Positions 43,058 to 53,375 are shown, numbered from the stretch's first letter. The stretch: DNA of 64,000 bases from an uncultured Gemmatimonadales bacterium (GCA_963816355.1 CAWFKH010000003.1:64001-128000); one strand, 5' to 3'. Notes: a model not told the origin generated them from the sequence alone. A program made the numbers and translations.

Positions 43058-43797
43058 GTCGCACGCCCCGCAACCCCTCTCCCGCTCCGCCCGGAGCCAC
43101 ACCGGCGCCCCGCCCCCCGCTGATCCGCATCCGCGGCCTGACCCGCTCCTACGAGGAAGCGGGCGTGCACCACGCCGTGCTGCGCGGGCTCGACCTCGAC
43201 GTCGCGCGCGGCGAGATCGTGGCGATCCTCGGCCCGAGCGGATCGGGCAAGTCGACCCTGCTCAACCTGCTCGCCGGCATCGACGATGCGGACGCCGGCA
43301 CGATCGAGGTCGACGGCGTCTCGCTGGCCACGCTCTCGGACCGCGAGCGCACGCTCTTCCGCCGCCGTCGCGTCGGCTTCGTCTTCCAGTTCTTCAACCT
43401 CCTGCCGACGCTCACCGTGGCGGAGAATCTGCTGCTGCCGCTCGACCTCGTCGGGTCGCACGGCGCCGAGGCGGAGCGCCGCGTGGCCGACCTGCTGGAG
43501 CGGGTCGGGATCGCCGGCCGCGGCGCCGCCTACCCGGACCGCCTCTCCGGCGGTGAGCAGCAGCGCGTCGCCGTCGCACGCGCGCTCGCCCACGACCCCG
43601 ACCTGATCCTCGCCGACGAGCCGACCGGCAACCTCGACCGCGAAACCGGCCGCCGCGTCCTGCGGCTTCTGGAGGAGCTGGTGCGCGCCGAGGACCGCAC
43701 GATGGTCGTCGTCACCCACAGCCACGACGTGCTGGAGAGTGCGGACCGCGTGTTGACGCTGCGCGACGGGGCCCTCGTGGAGGGGGCGCGCTCGTGA
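43054..43797 (+). CDS. ABC transporter ATP-binding protein (LolD/MacB/AttE-like)
   Basis: GPSGSGKS, FQFFNL, LSGGEQQR, ADEPTGNLD, VTH; start probably CTG. Confidence 0.92.
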   Translation: MSRTPRNPSPAPPGATPAPRPPLIRIRGLTRSYEEAGVHHAVLRGLDLDVARGEIVAILGPSGSGKSTLLNLLAGIDDADAGTIEVDGVSLATLSDRERTLFRRRRVGFVFQFFNLLPTLTVAENLLLPLDLVGSHGAEAERRVADLLERVGIAGRGAAYPDRLSGGEQQRVAVARALAHDPDLILADEPTGNLDRETGRRVLRLLEELVRAEDRTMVVVTHSHDVLESADRVLTLRDGALVEGARS

Positions 43798-46382
43798 GGC
43801 CGCGCGCGACGCCCGGCCGGGCGATGCGTCGCCACCTGCGCCGCCATCCGTGGCAGCTCGCGCTGGCCGTTCTCGGCGTCGCGCTCGGCGTGGCGGTCGT
43901 CGTCGCGATCGACCTCGCGAACGCCAGTGCACGCCGCGCTTTCACGCTCTCGGCGCAGACGATCGCCGGCCGCGCCACGCACCAGGTCGTGGGCGGCCCC
44001 GAGGGCCTCCCGGACGGCGTCTACCGGCGCCTGCGCGTCGACGCCGGGGTGCGGCCGGCGGCGCCGATCGTCGAGGGCGACGTCGCGCTCCCCGCCGCCG
44101 GCGGACGTGCGTTCCGGCTCCTCGGCGTGGATCCGTTCGCGGAGGCGCCGTTCCGCGGCTATCTGGCGCCCGCCGCCGCCGCGGGCTCCGGCTCGATCGC
44201 GGCGTTCCTCACCGTGCCGGGCGCGGCCCTGTTGCCGGCCGCCGCGGCGCGCGAGCTGGGCCTGGTGCCGGGCGACGACGTGGCGATCCGAACGCCCGCC
44301 GGCGTGCGCACGCTGCGCGTCATCGGCACGATCCGGCCGCGGGGCGAGCTCGCGCGCGTCGGTCTCGCGGACGTCGTCGTGACCGACGTGGCCACCGCGC
44401 AGGAGCTGCTCGGGCGCGTCGGCCGCATCGACCGCGTCGACCTGATGGTGCCGGACGGCGACGCCGGCGCCGCGCTCCTGCGCCGCGCGCGGGCCGTGCT
44501 TCCGCCGGGCGCCGCCGTCGTCGACGCCGGCGCGCGAGCCGCCGCCCTCGGCGACATGACCCGCGCCTTCTCGCTCAACCTCACAGCGCTCAGCCTGCTG
44601 GCCCTCATCTTCGGCATGTTCCTGATCTACGACAGCACGAGCTTCGCGGTCGTGCAGCGCCGCGCCCTGATCGGGACGCTGCGGGCGCTCGGCGTGACCC
44701 GCGGCGAGCTGTTCCGGCTCATCGCGAGCGAGGCGCTCGCCGTGGGCGTCGCGGGTACGGCGCTCGGGCTGGTCCTCGGCGTGGCCCTGGCGAGCGGTCT
44801 CGTGCGCCTCGTCGCGCGCACCATCAACGACCTCTACTTCGCCGTCACCGTCCGTCGCGTCGACCTGGATCCGGGCGTGCTCGCGCTCGGCGCCGCGCTC
44901 GGCGTCCTCGCCACGATGCTCGCGAGCCTGCCCGCCGCCCTGGAGGCGACGCAGGCGCCGCCGCGCGCGACGCTCACGCGCTCCGTCCTCGAGGCGCGCT
45001 TCCGTCGTGCGGTGCCCCGCGTCGCCGCCGCCGGCGCGGCGCTGGCCGCGGCCGGAGTCGCCCTCCTGGCGCTGCCCGGCCGCGGCGTCGGGATCGCCTT
45101 CGCGGCGCTCTTCGCCCTCGTGATCGGAGCCGCGCTGCTCGTCCCCGCCGCCACGCTGCTCCTGATGGCCGTGCTGCGGCCGCCGCTGCGGCGCGCGATA
45201 GGACCGGTCGGCGCCATGGCGGCGCGCGGCGTCGCCACCACCCTCAGCCGCACGGCGCCGGCGATCGCGGCGCTCTCGATCGCGGTCTCCGTCACCGTCG
45301 CGCTCGGCGTGATGATCGGCAGCTTCCGCCACACGGTCGAGCGTTGGCTCGACACCACGCTGCGCGCCGATGTCTACGTCTCCGCGCCCAGCGCCGTCGC
45401 GAGCCGCACGGCCGGCGTGCTCGACGCCACGCTCGTGCGCCGCGTCGTCGCCACCCCCGGCGTCGCCGCCGTGAGCACCAACCGGAGCGTCCGCGTCGAG
45501 TCGCCCGCGGGGCCGCTGCGCCTCGTCGCCCTCGGTCTGCCGCCGCGGATGGAGCGCGCCTTCGACTTCGCGCGCGGTGATCCGCGCCGCGTCTGGCCGG
45601 CGTTCCGCACGGCCGGCGCGGTGATCGTGTCCGAGTCGTTCGCTTACCGGCGTCGGCTGCGCCCGGGCGACACCCTTCGCCTCCGCACCGACGCCGGCCC
45701 CCGCGCCTTCCCGATCGCCGGCATCTTCTACGACTACGGCTCCGACCAGGGCGTCGTGATGATCGACCGCGCCACCTACCGCCGCTACTGGAACGACCGC
45801 GACGTCACCGCCCTCGGCCTCTTCGCCGCCCCGGGCGTGCCGCTCGATACGCTGCTCGCGCGCGTGCGCGCCCGCACCGGCGGCACCACCCGAACCGCCG
45901 CCGACGCCGGCGCGCTCGCAGCGCGCGTGACGTCCAACCGCGCGCTGCGCGACGCGTCGCTCCGCGTCTTCGACCGCACCTTCGCGATCACGGCGGTGCT
46001 GCGCGGGCTCGCCTTCATCGTCGCCTTCATCGGCGTCGCCGGAGCGCTCATGGCGCTCCAGCTCGAGCGCGTCCGCGAGCTGGGCGTGCTGCGAGCCACC
46101 GGCCTGACGCGCCTTCAGGTGTGGCACCTCGTCACCACGGAGACCGGGCTCATGGGCCTCGCCGCCGGTCTGTTCGCGCTCCCCCTCGGCCTCATGATGG
46201 CCCTCGTCATGGTGCGCGTCGTGAACCGCCGCTCCTTCGGCTGGACGCTGCACCTCCACGTGCAGCCGGCCGTCATGGTCCAGGCGCTGGCGCTCGCCCT
46301 CGTCGCCGCCCTGCTCGCCGGCCTCTACCCCGCCTGGCGCATGGCCGCCGTCTCGCCCGCCGCGGCGTTGCGGGAGGAATGA
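43794..46382 (+). CDS. ABC permease, double FtsX/MacB-type (AttF/G-like)
   Basis: Two periplasmic-plus-FtsX repeats: RRALIGTLRALG and RELGVLRATG. Confidence 0.9.
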   Translation: MRPRATPGRAMRRHLRRHPWQLALAVLGVALGVAVVVAIDLANASARRAFTLSAQTIAGRATHQVVGGPEGLPDGVYRRLRVDAGVRPAAPIVEGDVALPAAGGRAFRLLGVDPFAEAPFRGYLAPAAAAGSGSIAAFLTVPGAALLPAAAARELGLVPGDDVAIRTPAGVRTLRVIGTIRPRGELARVGLADVVVTDVATAQELLGRVGRIDRVDLMVPDGDAGAALLRRARAVLPPGAAVVDAGARAAALGDMTRAFSLNLTALSLLALIFGMFLIYDSTSFAVVQRRALIGTLRALGVTRGELFRLIASEALAVGVAGTALGLVLGVALASGLVRLVARTINDLYFAVTVRRVDLDPGVLALGAALGVLATMLASLPAALEATQAPPRATLTRSVLEARFRRAVPRVAAAGAALAAAGVALLALPGRGVGIAFAALFALVIGAALLVPAATLLLMAVLRPPLRRAIGPVGAMAARGVATTLSRTAPAIAALSIAVSVTVALGVMIGSFRHTVERWLDTTLRADVYVSAPSAVASRTAGVLDATLVRRVVATPGVAAVSTNRSVRVESPAGPLRLVALGLPPRMERAFDFARGDPRRVWPAFRTAGAVIVSESFAYRRRLRPGDTLRLRTDAGPRAFPIAGIFYDYGSDQGVVMIDRATYRRYWNDRDVTALGLFAAPGVPLDTLLARVRARTGGTTRTAADAGALAARVTSNRALRDASLRVFDRTFAITAVLRGLAFIVAFIGVAGALMALQLERVRELGVLRATGLTRLQVWHLVTTETGLMGLAAGLFALPLGLMMALVMVRVVNRRSFGWTLHLHVQPAVMVQALALALVAALLAGLYPAWRMAAVSPAAALREE

Positions 46383-47620
46383 AGAGCGCGCTCGCGCGGC
46401 GGCGCGCCGCGACCGTCCGCACCGCCGTGGCCTTCCTCGCCGCGCCGCTCCTCACCGGCTGCGGCGGCGCGCCGCGCGCTCCCCGCGCCACGATCGACGT
46501 CGCCGCAGCGCTGGGCGCGGCCGGCGGCATGGCCGGCGTCGCCGACACGGGCTTCGCCCACGCCCTCGAGCCCCGCCCCTTCGTCTTTCCGGCCGACCAC
46601 GGTCCCCACCCCGGCTTCCGTACCGAGTGGTGGTACTTCACCGGCAACGTGCGCGACGCGCGCGGCCGGCGCTTCGGCTTCGAGCTCACCTTCTTCCGCA
46701 ACGCGCTCACCGCCCAGCCCGCCCGACGCGCTTCCGCCTGGGCCGCGTCCGACGTCTACATGGCCCACTTCGCCCTGACCGACGCCGCCGCCGGACGCTT
46801 CCACGCGTTCGACCGCTTCGCCCGCGCCGCCCTCGGCCTCGCCGGCGCGCGCACGACGCCCCTCCGGGTGTGGACGGAAGCCTGGAGCGCCGAGGCCGTC
46901 CCCGACTCCGCCGCCGCCGGAATTCCGCTCACGCCGGGGACGCCGCCGCTGCGCCTGCGCGCCGCCGCCGGCGACGTCGCCCTCGACCTCGTGCTCGGAA
47001 GCGCGGCGCCGCCGGTGCCGAACGGCGAGGCGGGGCTCAGCCGCAAAGGCGAGGCAGCCGGCAACGCCTCCTACTACTACTCGATGATGGAGATGCCGGT
47101 GCGCGGCTCCGTGCGCACCGCCGCCGGCACCTTCGCCGTCCAGGGCGGCGCCTGGATGGACCGCGAGTGGGGGACCAGCGCTCTGCCGCCCGGCGACGTC
47201 GGCTGGGACTGGTTCGCGCTCCAGCTCGCCGACGGCGCCCGCCTCATGTACTACCGCCTGCGCCGTGACGACGGCGCCGCGTCGCGCTTCAGCGCGGGGA
47301 CGCTCGTCGCCGCCGATGGCCGCGTGGAGCCTCTCCGCGCCGGCGACGTCGTGATCACCCCCACCGGTACCTGGCGCAGCCCGATCGACGGCGCGCCCTA
47401 CCCCGCCGGCTGGCGCCTCGACCTGCCGGCCCGCAACATCTCCCTCACCGTGACCCCCGTGCTCCCCGACCAGGAGCTGGACCTCGCCGTCCGCTACTGG
47501 GAGGGTGCCGTCGACGCCGTCGGACGCGGGCCCGGCGGCCCGCTGCACGGCGTCGGCTACGTCGAGCTCACCGGCTACGCCACAGCGCCTCACGCCGCCG
47601 CGAGGCTGCTCCCCCGCTGA
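46379..47620 (+). CDS. AttH/CrtC-like lipocalin-fold lipoprotein
   Basis: LTGC lipobox; FPADHGPH, EWWYFTG, SYYYS, WMDREW, GWDWF, YWEG, GYVELTGY. Confidence 0.9.
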   Translation: MKSALARRRAATVRTAVAFLAAPLLTGCGGAPRAPRATIDVAAALGAAGGMAGVADTGFAHALEPRPFVFPADHGPHPGFRTEWWYFTGNVRDARGRRFGFELTFFRNALTAQPARRASAWAASDVYMAHFALTDAAAGRFHAFDRFARAALGLAGARTTPLRVWTEAWSAEAVPDSAAAGIPLTPGTPPLRLRAAAGDVALDLVLGSAAPPVPNGEAGLSRKGEAAGNASYYYSMMEMPVRGSVRTAAGTFAVQGGAWMDREWGTSALPPGDVGWDWFALQLADGARLMYYRLRRDDGAASRFSAGTLVAADGRVEPLRAGDVVITPTGTWRSPIDGAPYPAGWRLDLPARNISLTVTPVLPDQELDLAVRYWEGAVDAVGRGPGGPLHGVGYVELTGYATAPHAAARLLPR

Positions 47621-47722
47621 CTTCGCACCCCCCCCCCGCGCGCTTGCCGCGCGACGCCGCCCGGGATCAATTGGCCGGAACCGATCCGTCGCGATTCGAT
47701 CCTCCCGCACGGAGCCCATGTC

Positions 47723-48388
47723 ATGTGCGGTCGCTTCACCCTCGCCGTCGAAGCCGCCGAGCTCGCCCGCGACCTCGCCGTCCCCGACGTGCCCGCCGAC
47801 TACCGGCCCCGCTACAACATCGCGCCCACACAGGACGCGCTCGTCGTCGGCCGCGGCCCCCAGGGGGACCGCTGCGCCGCCTTCCGCTGGGGGCTCGTGC
47901 CGCCGTGGGCCGAGGACGTCTCCATCGGCAACCGCCTCATCAACGCCCGCTCCAAATCCGTCGCGCGGAAGCGCGCCTTCCGCGACGCCTTCGCCCACCG
48001 CCGCTGCCTCGTCCCCGCCGACGGCTTCTACGAGTGGCGACCCGCCGAACCTCACAAGCAGCCGTTCTACATCCGCCGCCGCGATCGCCGCGTCTTCACC
48101 TTCGCCGGCCTCTGGGAACGCTGGCACCGGCCCGACGGCTCCACCCTCCACTCCTTCGCCATCCTCACCACCCGCCCCTCCGCGCTCCTGCGCCCCATCC
48201 ACGACCGCATGCCCGTCCTCATCGGCCCCGACGACCGCGCTACGTGGCTCGACCCCAGCACGCCCGCCGACCACCTGCCTCCGCTGCTCCGTCCGTGGGA
48301 CGCCGACGACCTCGAAGCCTTCCCCGTCTCCACGTTCGTCAACGCGCCCGCCAACGAGGGTCCGGAATGCGTGGCTTGTCTCTCGTAA
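47723..48388 (+). CDS. SRAP (YedK/HMCES) abasic-site crosslinking protein
   Basis: MCGRF N-terminus, YNIAP, INAR, GFYEW, IHDRMP. Confidence 0.95.
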   Translation: MCGRFTLAVEAAELARDLAVPDVPADYRPRYNIAPTQDALVVGRGPQGDRCAAFRWGLVPPWAEDVSIGNRLINARSKSVARKRAFRDAFAHRRCLVPADGFYEWRPAEPHKQPFYIRRRDRRVFTFAGLWERWHRPDGSTLHSFAILTTRPSALLRPIHDRMPVLIGPDDRATWLDPSTPADHLPPLLRPWDADDLEAFPVSTFVNAPANEGPECVACLS

Positions 48389-48402
48389 TGATAATCGTTA
48401 TC
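48384..48402. promoter_or_regulatory. Fur-family box
   Basis: CGTAATGATAATCGTTATC matches GATAATGATAATCATTATC at 16 of 19 positions in a very GC-rich background. Confidence 0.85.
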
Positions 48403-48454
48403 GTTAGCGGAACTCCGGGAAGGTCGGCCGAACGGTTGCAGGAGAGGCGAGAGG

Positions 48455-48955
48455 ATGACGGGGCACGAGCAACGGGAGCATCATCGGTTCGTGCTGCAGA
48501 CGGTGCAGCCGGCGCTGCTGGGTTTGATGGACGGGTCGGTGTCGACGCTGGCGCCGCTGTTCGCGACGGCGGCGTTGACGGGGAGCGGGAAGAAGGCGTT
48601 CGTGGTGGGTGTGGCGGCGGCGGTGGGGGCGGCGATCAGCATGGGGCTGGCGGAGGCGTTGTCGGACGACGGCAAGCTGACGGGGCGGGGGCATCCGTGG
48701 CTGCGGGGCGCGATCACGGGTGTGGCGACGATGGTGGGCGGCATGCTGCACACGCTGCCGTTCCTGATTCCGGACCTGCAGACGGCGCTGCCGATCGCGT
48801 ACGCGGTGGTGGTGCTGGAGTTGGTGACGATCTCCTACATCCGGTTCCGCTACATGCGGAGCCCTCTGGGGAGCACGATCGTGCAGGTGGTTCTGGGTGG
48901 GGGTGCGGTGTTCCTGGCGGGGGTGTGGATGGGGAGCTGGGGTGCGGGTAGCTGA
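48455..48955 (+). CDS. VIT1/CCC1 family Fe/Mn transporter (MbfA membrane-domain-like)
   Basis: [33 protein letters not shown]. Confidence 0.9.
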   Translation: MTGHEQREHHRFVLQTVQPALLGLMDGSVSTLAPLFATAALTGSGKKAFVVGVAAAVGAAISMGLAEALSDDGKLTGRGHPWLRGAITGVATMVGGMLHTLPFLIPDLQTALPIAYAVVVLELVTISYIRFRYMRSPLGSTIVQVVLGGGAVFLAGVWMGSWGAGS

Positions 48956-48964
48956 GGAGGAGCG

Positions 48965-49675
48965 ATGCGGCTGCGGACCGGCACGAGCGGCTTCGCCTAC
49001 AAGGAGTGGAAGGGGCCGTTCTACCCGGAGGACCTGCCGGCGGCCGAGATGCTGCGTTTCTACGCCGGCCGGCTGGGCGCGTGTGAGATCAACAACACGT
49101 TCTACCGGATGCCGCGGGCGAACGTGCTGGAGGCGTGGGCGGCGGAGGTGCCGTCGAGCTTCCGCTTCGTGCTGAAGGCGTCGCGGCAGATCACGCACAT
49201 GAAGCGGCTGAAGGCGGAGGCGGTGGAGCCGGCGCGCTACTTCATGGGGCAGGCGCGGACATTGGGAGACCGGCTGGGGCCGGTGCTCTTTCAGTTGCCG
49301 CCGAACCTGAAGGCGGACCTGACGCGCCTTCGCGATTTCCTCGCCGGGCTGCCGGACGGGTGCCGTGCCGCGTTCGAGTTCCGCCACGATTCGTGGTACG
49401 AGGACGCCGTGCTCGACGAGTTGCGCCATCGGGGCGCGGCGCTGGTTCAGGCGGAGGACGAGGCGGGCGCAGCGCCGCGGGTCGCCACGGCGGACTGGGG
49501 CTATCTCCGTCTGCGCCGGCAGGACTACGACGATGCCGCGCTGGCGTCGTGGGTGGCGTGGCTTCGCAGCCAGTCATGGGACGAAGCGTACGTCTTCTTC
49601 AAGCACGAGGACGCGGGCGCAGGTCCTCGGCTGGCGCGCCGCTTCGAGGAGATGTTCGAGGGCGGGTCCGCCTAG
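48965..49675 (+). CDS. DUF72 family protein
   Basis: GTSGF, FYP, EINNTFY, ITH, LFQLPP, EFRH.SW, YLRLR. Confidence 0.92.
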   Translation: MRLRTGTSGFAYKEWKGPFYPEDLPAAEMLRFYAGRLGACEINNTFYRMPRANVLEAWAAEVPSSFRFVLKASRQITHMKRLKAEAVEPARYFMGQARTLGDRLGPVLFQLPPNLKADLTRLRDFLAGLPDGCRAAFEFRHDSWYEDAVLDELRHRGAALVQAEDEAGAAPRVATADWGYLRLRRQDYDDAALASWVAWLRSQSWDEAYVFFKHEDAGAGPRLARRFEEMFEGGSA

Positions 49676-50355
49676 GCGCTCTCCCCCAGCAGGTCCTCGA
49701 TCCAGGCCGCCACGGCGTCGCCGACCTCGCCCTGCACCTCGCGGTCCGTGCGACCGGATCGTTTGAGCACGTGGAAGGAGTGGTCGCCCCCGTCCACCAC
49801 GTGCAGCGTCGCCCGCGGCCGGCGCGCGTCGACGGCGCGCCGAACCATCGCGATGTCGGCGAGCGCATCGCGCGTTCCCTGGACGAAGAGCATCGGCACG
49901 GCGACGTCGTCGAGATGGTCCCCGCGGCGGTCGTCCGGCTTGCCGGCGGCGTGCAGCGGGAAGCCGAGGAAGACGAGGCCGCGCACCCCGGGGAGTGGCC
50001 GTTCCGCCTGCGCCTGGGACGTCATCCGGCCGCCCATCGACTTGCCGCCGGCGAAGAGGGGGAGGTCGCCGGCTTCGTGCGCCGCGGCGTCGACCGCGGC
50101 GCGCACCGTCGCGTGGAGACGTGGCGCCGGATCGGGGCGTCTCGCGCCGGCCTCGGCGTACGGGAACTGGTAGCGCAGCGTGGCGACGGCGCGCTCGGCG
50201 AGGCGACGGGCGATCGCCTCCATGAAGGCGTGGCGCATGCCCGCGCCGGCGCCGTGCGCGAGGACATAGATCGCTCGCGCGTCGACGGGGCGCAGGAGCA
50301 GCGCGGAGACCGGTCCGCGGTCGGTCGCGATGGCGAGGGCGGTCGGCTGTGGCAC
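49672..50355 (-). CDS. Alpha/beta hydrolase (KANL3/Tex30-like)
   Basis: [32 protein letters not shown]. Confidence 0.9.
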   Translation of the reverse strand: MPQPTALAIATDRGPVSALLLRPVDARAIYVLAHGAGAGMRHAFMEAIARRLAERAVATLRYQFPYAEAGARRPDPAPRLHATVRAAVDAAAHEAGDLPLFAGGKSMGGRMTSQAQAERPLPGVRGLVFLGFPLHAAGKPDDRRGDHLDDVAVPMLFVQGTRDALADIAMVRRAVDARRPRATLHVVDGGDHSFHVLKRSGRTDREVQGEVGDAVAAWIEDLLGESA

Positions 50356-50356
50356 G

Positions 50357-50767
50357 CTACGGCTGTTCCCTCGGCCGGTAGACGCCGATGAGCAGCGGCG
50401 GCTCGACGCGCCAGCGGAAGTGCAGGCGGTTGCCGAGCGGGTGCGGGATCTCGGTGGTCGTGTCGCGCGTCTTCGGGTGGTCGTGCGGCGAGTTCTCCAC
50501 CAGCGCGACGGCGCCGGGAGGAAGCGAAGCGAGCACCGCGTCGAGCCGCTCGCGCAGGGTCGCGATCAATCCCTTCTCCGCGTCGTCCTTGACGTCGCCT
50601 TCCGCCTCCGCCGTGAGCGCGTGCTCCGCGATGCGCTCGTGCGAGGCGAGCCACGCTTCCGCGGGCCACGCCTCGCCGAGCCGCTCGAAGGCGATCTCCG
50701 TCAGCGCGTGCGCGTCGAAGCGGGGCCGGACCCGGTGGATTCGTTCGCCATAGCGTCGTCTCAGCAT
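50357..50767 (-). CDS. Hypothetical protein (136 aa)
   Basis: Abuts the hydrolase gene; TACATT 6 nt upstream of ATG. Confidence 0.7.
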   Translation of the reverse strand: MLRRRYGERIHRVRPRFDAHALTEIAFERLGEAWPAEAWLASHERIAEHALTAEAEGDVKDDAEKGLIATLRERLDAVLASLPPGAVALVENSPHDHPKTRDTTTEIPHPLGNRLHFRWRVEPPLLIGVYRPREQP

Positions 50768-50873
50768 GTGCGAAATGTAATAGCGGAGGCGGACCCGTTT
50801 CGAGGGGGACGCCTTTTCCGCGTCGCGGCGGCGGGGCGCCGGCGGGGCGCCGGGCGGACGTCTGCGCTCCGTG

Positions 50874-53375
50874 TCAACCGTCGCGCGACTGGAGCCGGGA
50901 CAGCGCCTGGACGAGGTCCACGCCGCTGCCGAGCAGGCCGGCCCACGGATCGGAGCGCTGCGCCGCCAGCCTTCTCGGCATGCTCCGGATGGTGTAGTCC
51001 GCGAGGTCGAGCCGCCGCGTCACCTCGCTCCAGCGCAGCGGCGCCGAAACGGGGGCGCCGGGCAGGGGCCGCACGCTGAACGGCGCGACGAGAAGCTTGC
51101 CGTATCCGTTCTGCAGGTAGTCGACGTACACCTTCCCGCCGCGCCGCCGCACCGCGCGCGTGATCGTGCAGAGTCCGGGCAGCTGGGCGACGACGACGCG
51201 CGCCAGCAGCTCGCCGAGCATGCGCGCCTGCTCGTGCGTGCACAGCCCGCCGAGCGGGACGAGCACGTGGAGGCCGGTCGAGCCGCTCGTCTTGACGAAG
51301 ACCGGCAGCTCGGCGTCGTCGCAGATCCGGTGCAGCGCGCGCGCCACCTCGACGACGTGGGCGAAGGGCGCCTCCTTCGGATCGAGGTCGAGGATGCACC
51401 AGTCGGGTCGCTCGAGCGAACCGACGCGGCTCGACCAGATGTGGAGCGGTATGGACGCCATGTTGGCGAGGTAGGCGAGGCCGTCTTCGTCGTCGACGAC
51501 GAAGTAGCTCAGCTCGCGCTGCGAGTCCTCGCTCCACACCTTCACGCGCCGCAGCCACGCCGGCGCGAAGGCGGGCGCGTCCTTCTGGAAGAACGACTTG
51601 CCGTCGATCCCGTCGGGATAGCGTGTGAGGACGACCGGCCGGTCGCGCAGGTAGGGGAGCAGCGCCGGCGCCACCGAGCGGTAGTAGCCGACGAGGTCCG
51701 CCTTCGTGTAGCCCTCCCCGGGCCAGAACACCTTGTCGGGGTTGCTGATCGCGAGGCGTGGGGCGGCCGGCGCGTCCTCGCCGGCCGCCTCGACCGTGGG
51801 CGGCGCGGGAGAGGGCGGGTCCGGCGGAGCAGACCATTCGGGCGGCGCGGGCCCCAGCTCGAGCAGCACCGGCTGGCGCAGCAGCCCTTCCTGCGTCCAC
51901 TCCTTGTAGCGCACGCGCGCCCGCAGCGTCGGCTCGCACCAGACGCTGCCGCGGGTGGCGGACGCCGGCAAAGCGCCGACCACCGGCTCGGCGCGGCCGT
52001 TGCGCTCGATCTCCGCCTCCGCCCGCGCGAGCTGCGCCTGGTCGAGACCGCTCCCGACGCGGCCTGCGTACAGCCATTCACCGGCCGAGCGCGTCGCGAG
52101 GTGGAGCGAGCCGAGCCCGCCCGCGCGCGAGCCGCTCCCCTCCATGTAGCCGACCACGGCGAACGTGTCCGTGCGGTCGCTCCGCACCTTGATCCAGTCG
52201 GCGGAGCGGCGGCCGGCGCGGTACGGCGAATCCGCCCTCTTGGCGACGACGCCCTCGAGCCCCAGCCGCTCCACCTCGGCGTACAGCGCGCGCCCTCTCC
52301 GCTCCACGTGGTCCGAGTAGCGAACGGGTCCCGCGGCCGGCAGGAGCCGGCGCAGGAGCCGCTTGCGCTCGCGCAGCGGCAGCGGCCGCAGGTCGAAGCG
52401 GTCGAAGCCGAGCAGGTCGAACGCGTACAGCGTGGCGGGAAGCACGAGCGCCGCGCGCTCGATGTCGGTGGCGCGCCGGAGCTGCGCGCGTTGCTGCAGC
52501 CGCTGGAAGCTCGGCTTGCCGGCGTCGTCGTGCACGACCGCCTCGCCGTCGACGACGAAGCGCGGGCAGGGGAGGGCGGCGAGGGCGCGCGCGATCTCCG
52601 GGAAGCGCGCGGTCACGTCCGCGCCATTGCGCGTGCGCAGCGTCGCGAGGCCCTCCTCCACGCCCGCGACGATCCGCCAGCCGTCGTACTTCAGCTCGAA
52701 GATCCAGCCGTCGCGGTCGAACGGCTCCGGCCGCGGCTCGGCGAGCATCGGGCGCACGTCGGCGGCGGAGAGCGCGCGGCGCGGGGCGTCGAGCGCGTCC
52801 AGCGCCGCCTCGATCTCGGCGGCGCGGTCGGCGCCGGAGCCGAGCTCCTCGAGCGTGAGGCCGGAGAGGACCGAGGCCTCGTCGAAGTCGTCGCGGCCCG
52901 CCCCCTCGAGCGCGTCGCGCTCCTTGATAAGCAGCCAGTCGTTCTCCGACTTGCGGATCTTCACCAGCGTCCAGCGGCCACGCAGCTTGTAGCCGCGGAG
53001 GTCGAAGAGGAGCTTCCCTTTCTCGAGCCCTTCTTCGGCGTCCCCGACCGGCTCCCAGACCCCGCGATCCCACACGATCACGGCGCCCGCGCCGTAGTTG
53101 CCGGCGGGGATGACCCCCTCGAAATCAGCGTACTCGACCGGGTGGTCCTCGACGTGGATCGCGACGCGCTTGTTCGCCTGCTCGTACGACGGCCCCTTCG
53201 GCACCGCCCACGAGACGAGCACACCGCCCAGCTCGAGGCGGAAGTCGTAGTGGAGCCGCCGCGCCGCGTGCTTCTGGACGACGAAGCGACGTCCGCCGGC
53301 CGGCGCGACGACGCCCGCCGGCTCCGGCGTCGCGTCGCGCAATCGTTTGGCGCGGTACTTCCCCAGCGGGTCCAT
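50874..53375 (-). CDS. ligD: DNA ligase D (phosphoesterase-ligase-polymerase)
   Basis: QKHAARRLHYDFRLE (PE), ELKYDGWR and EGVVAK (LIG), RYPDG, FFQK, DLDP, KTSGSTGLH, DYLQN (POL); SD GGAGG. Confidence 0.97.
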   Translation of the reverse strand: MDPLGKYRAKRLRDATPEPAGVVAPAGGRRFVVQKHAARRLHYDFRLELGGVLVSWAVPKGPSYEQANKRVAIHVEDHPVEYADFEGVIPAGNYGAGAVIVWDRGVWEPVGDAEEGLEKGKLLFDLRGYKLRGRWTLVKIRKSENDWLLIKERDALEGAGRDDFDEASVLSGLTLEELGSGADRAAEIEAALDALDAPRRALSAADVRPMLAEPRPEPFDRDGWIFELKYDGWRIVAGVEEGLATLRTRNGADVTARFPEIARALAALPCPRFVVDGEAVVHDDAGKPSFQRLQQRAQLRRATDIERAALVLPATLYAFDLLGFDRFDLRPLPLRERKRLLRRLLPAAGPVRYSDHVERRGRALYAEVERLGLEGVVAKRADSPYRAGRRSADWIKVRSDRTDTFAVVGYMEGSGSRAGGLGSLHLATRSAGEWLYAGRVGSGLDQAQLARAEAEIERNGRAEPVVGALPASATRGSVWCEPTLRARVRYKEWTQEGLLRQPVLLELGPAPPEWSAPPDPPSPAPPTVEAAGEDAPAAPRLAISNPDKVFWPGEGYTKADLVGYYRSVAPALLPYLRDRPVVLTRYPDGIDGKSFFQKDAPAFAPAWLRRVKVWSEDSQRELSYFVVDDEDGLAYLANMASIPLHIWSSRVGSLERPDWCILDLDPKEAPFAHVVEVARALHRICDDAELPVFVKTSGSTGLHVLVPLGGLCTHEQARMLGELLARVVVAQLPGLCTITRAVRRRGGKVYVDYLQNGYGKLLVAPFSVRPLPGAPVSAPLRWSEVTRRLDLADYTIRSMPRRLAAQRSDPWAGLLGSGVDLVQALSRLQSRDG

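Noticed and set aside
40717..43797. 1026-aa apparent TBDR-ABC ATPase fusion
   Set aside because: The middle is an Arg-rich off-frame reading of the frameshifted TBDR; these are two separate genes.
46379..47620. Carotenoid biosynthesis gene crtC
   Set aside because: It is a lipoprotein in an ABC operon with no crt genes nearby; AttH-like fits better.
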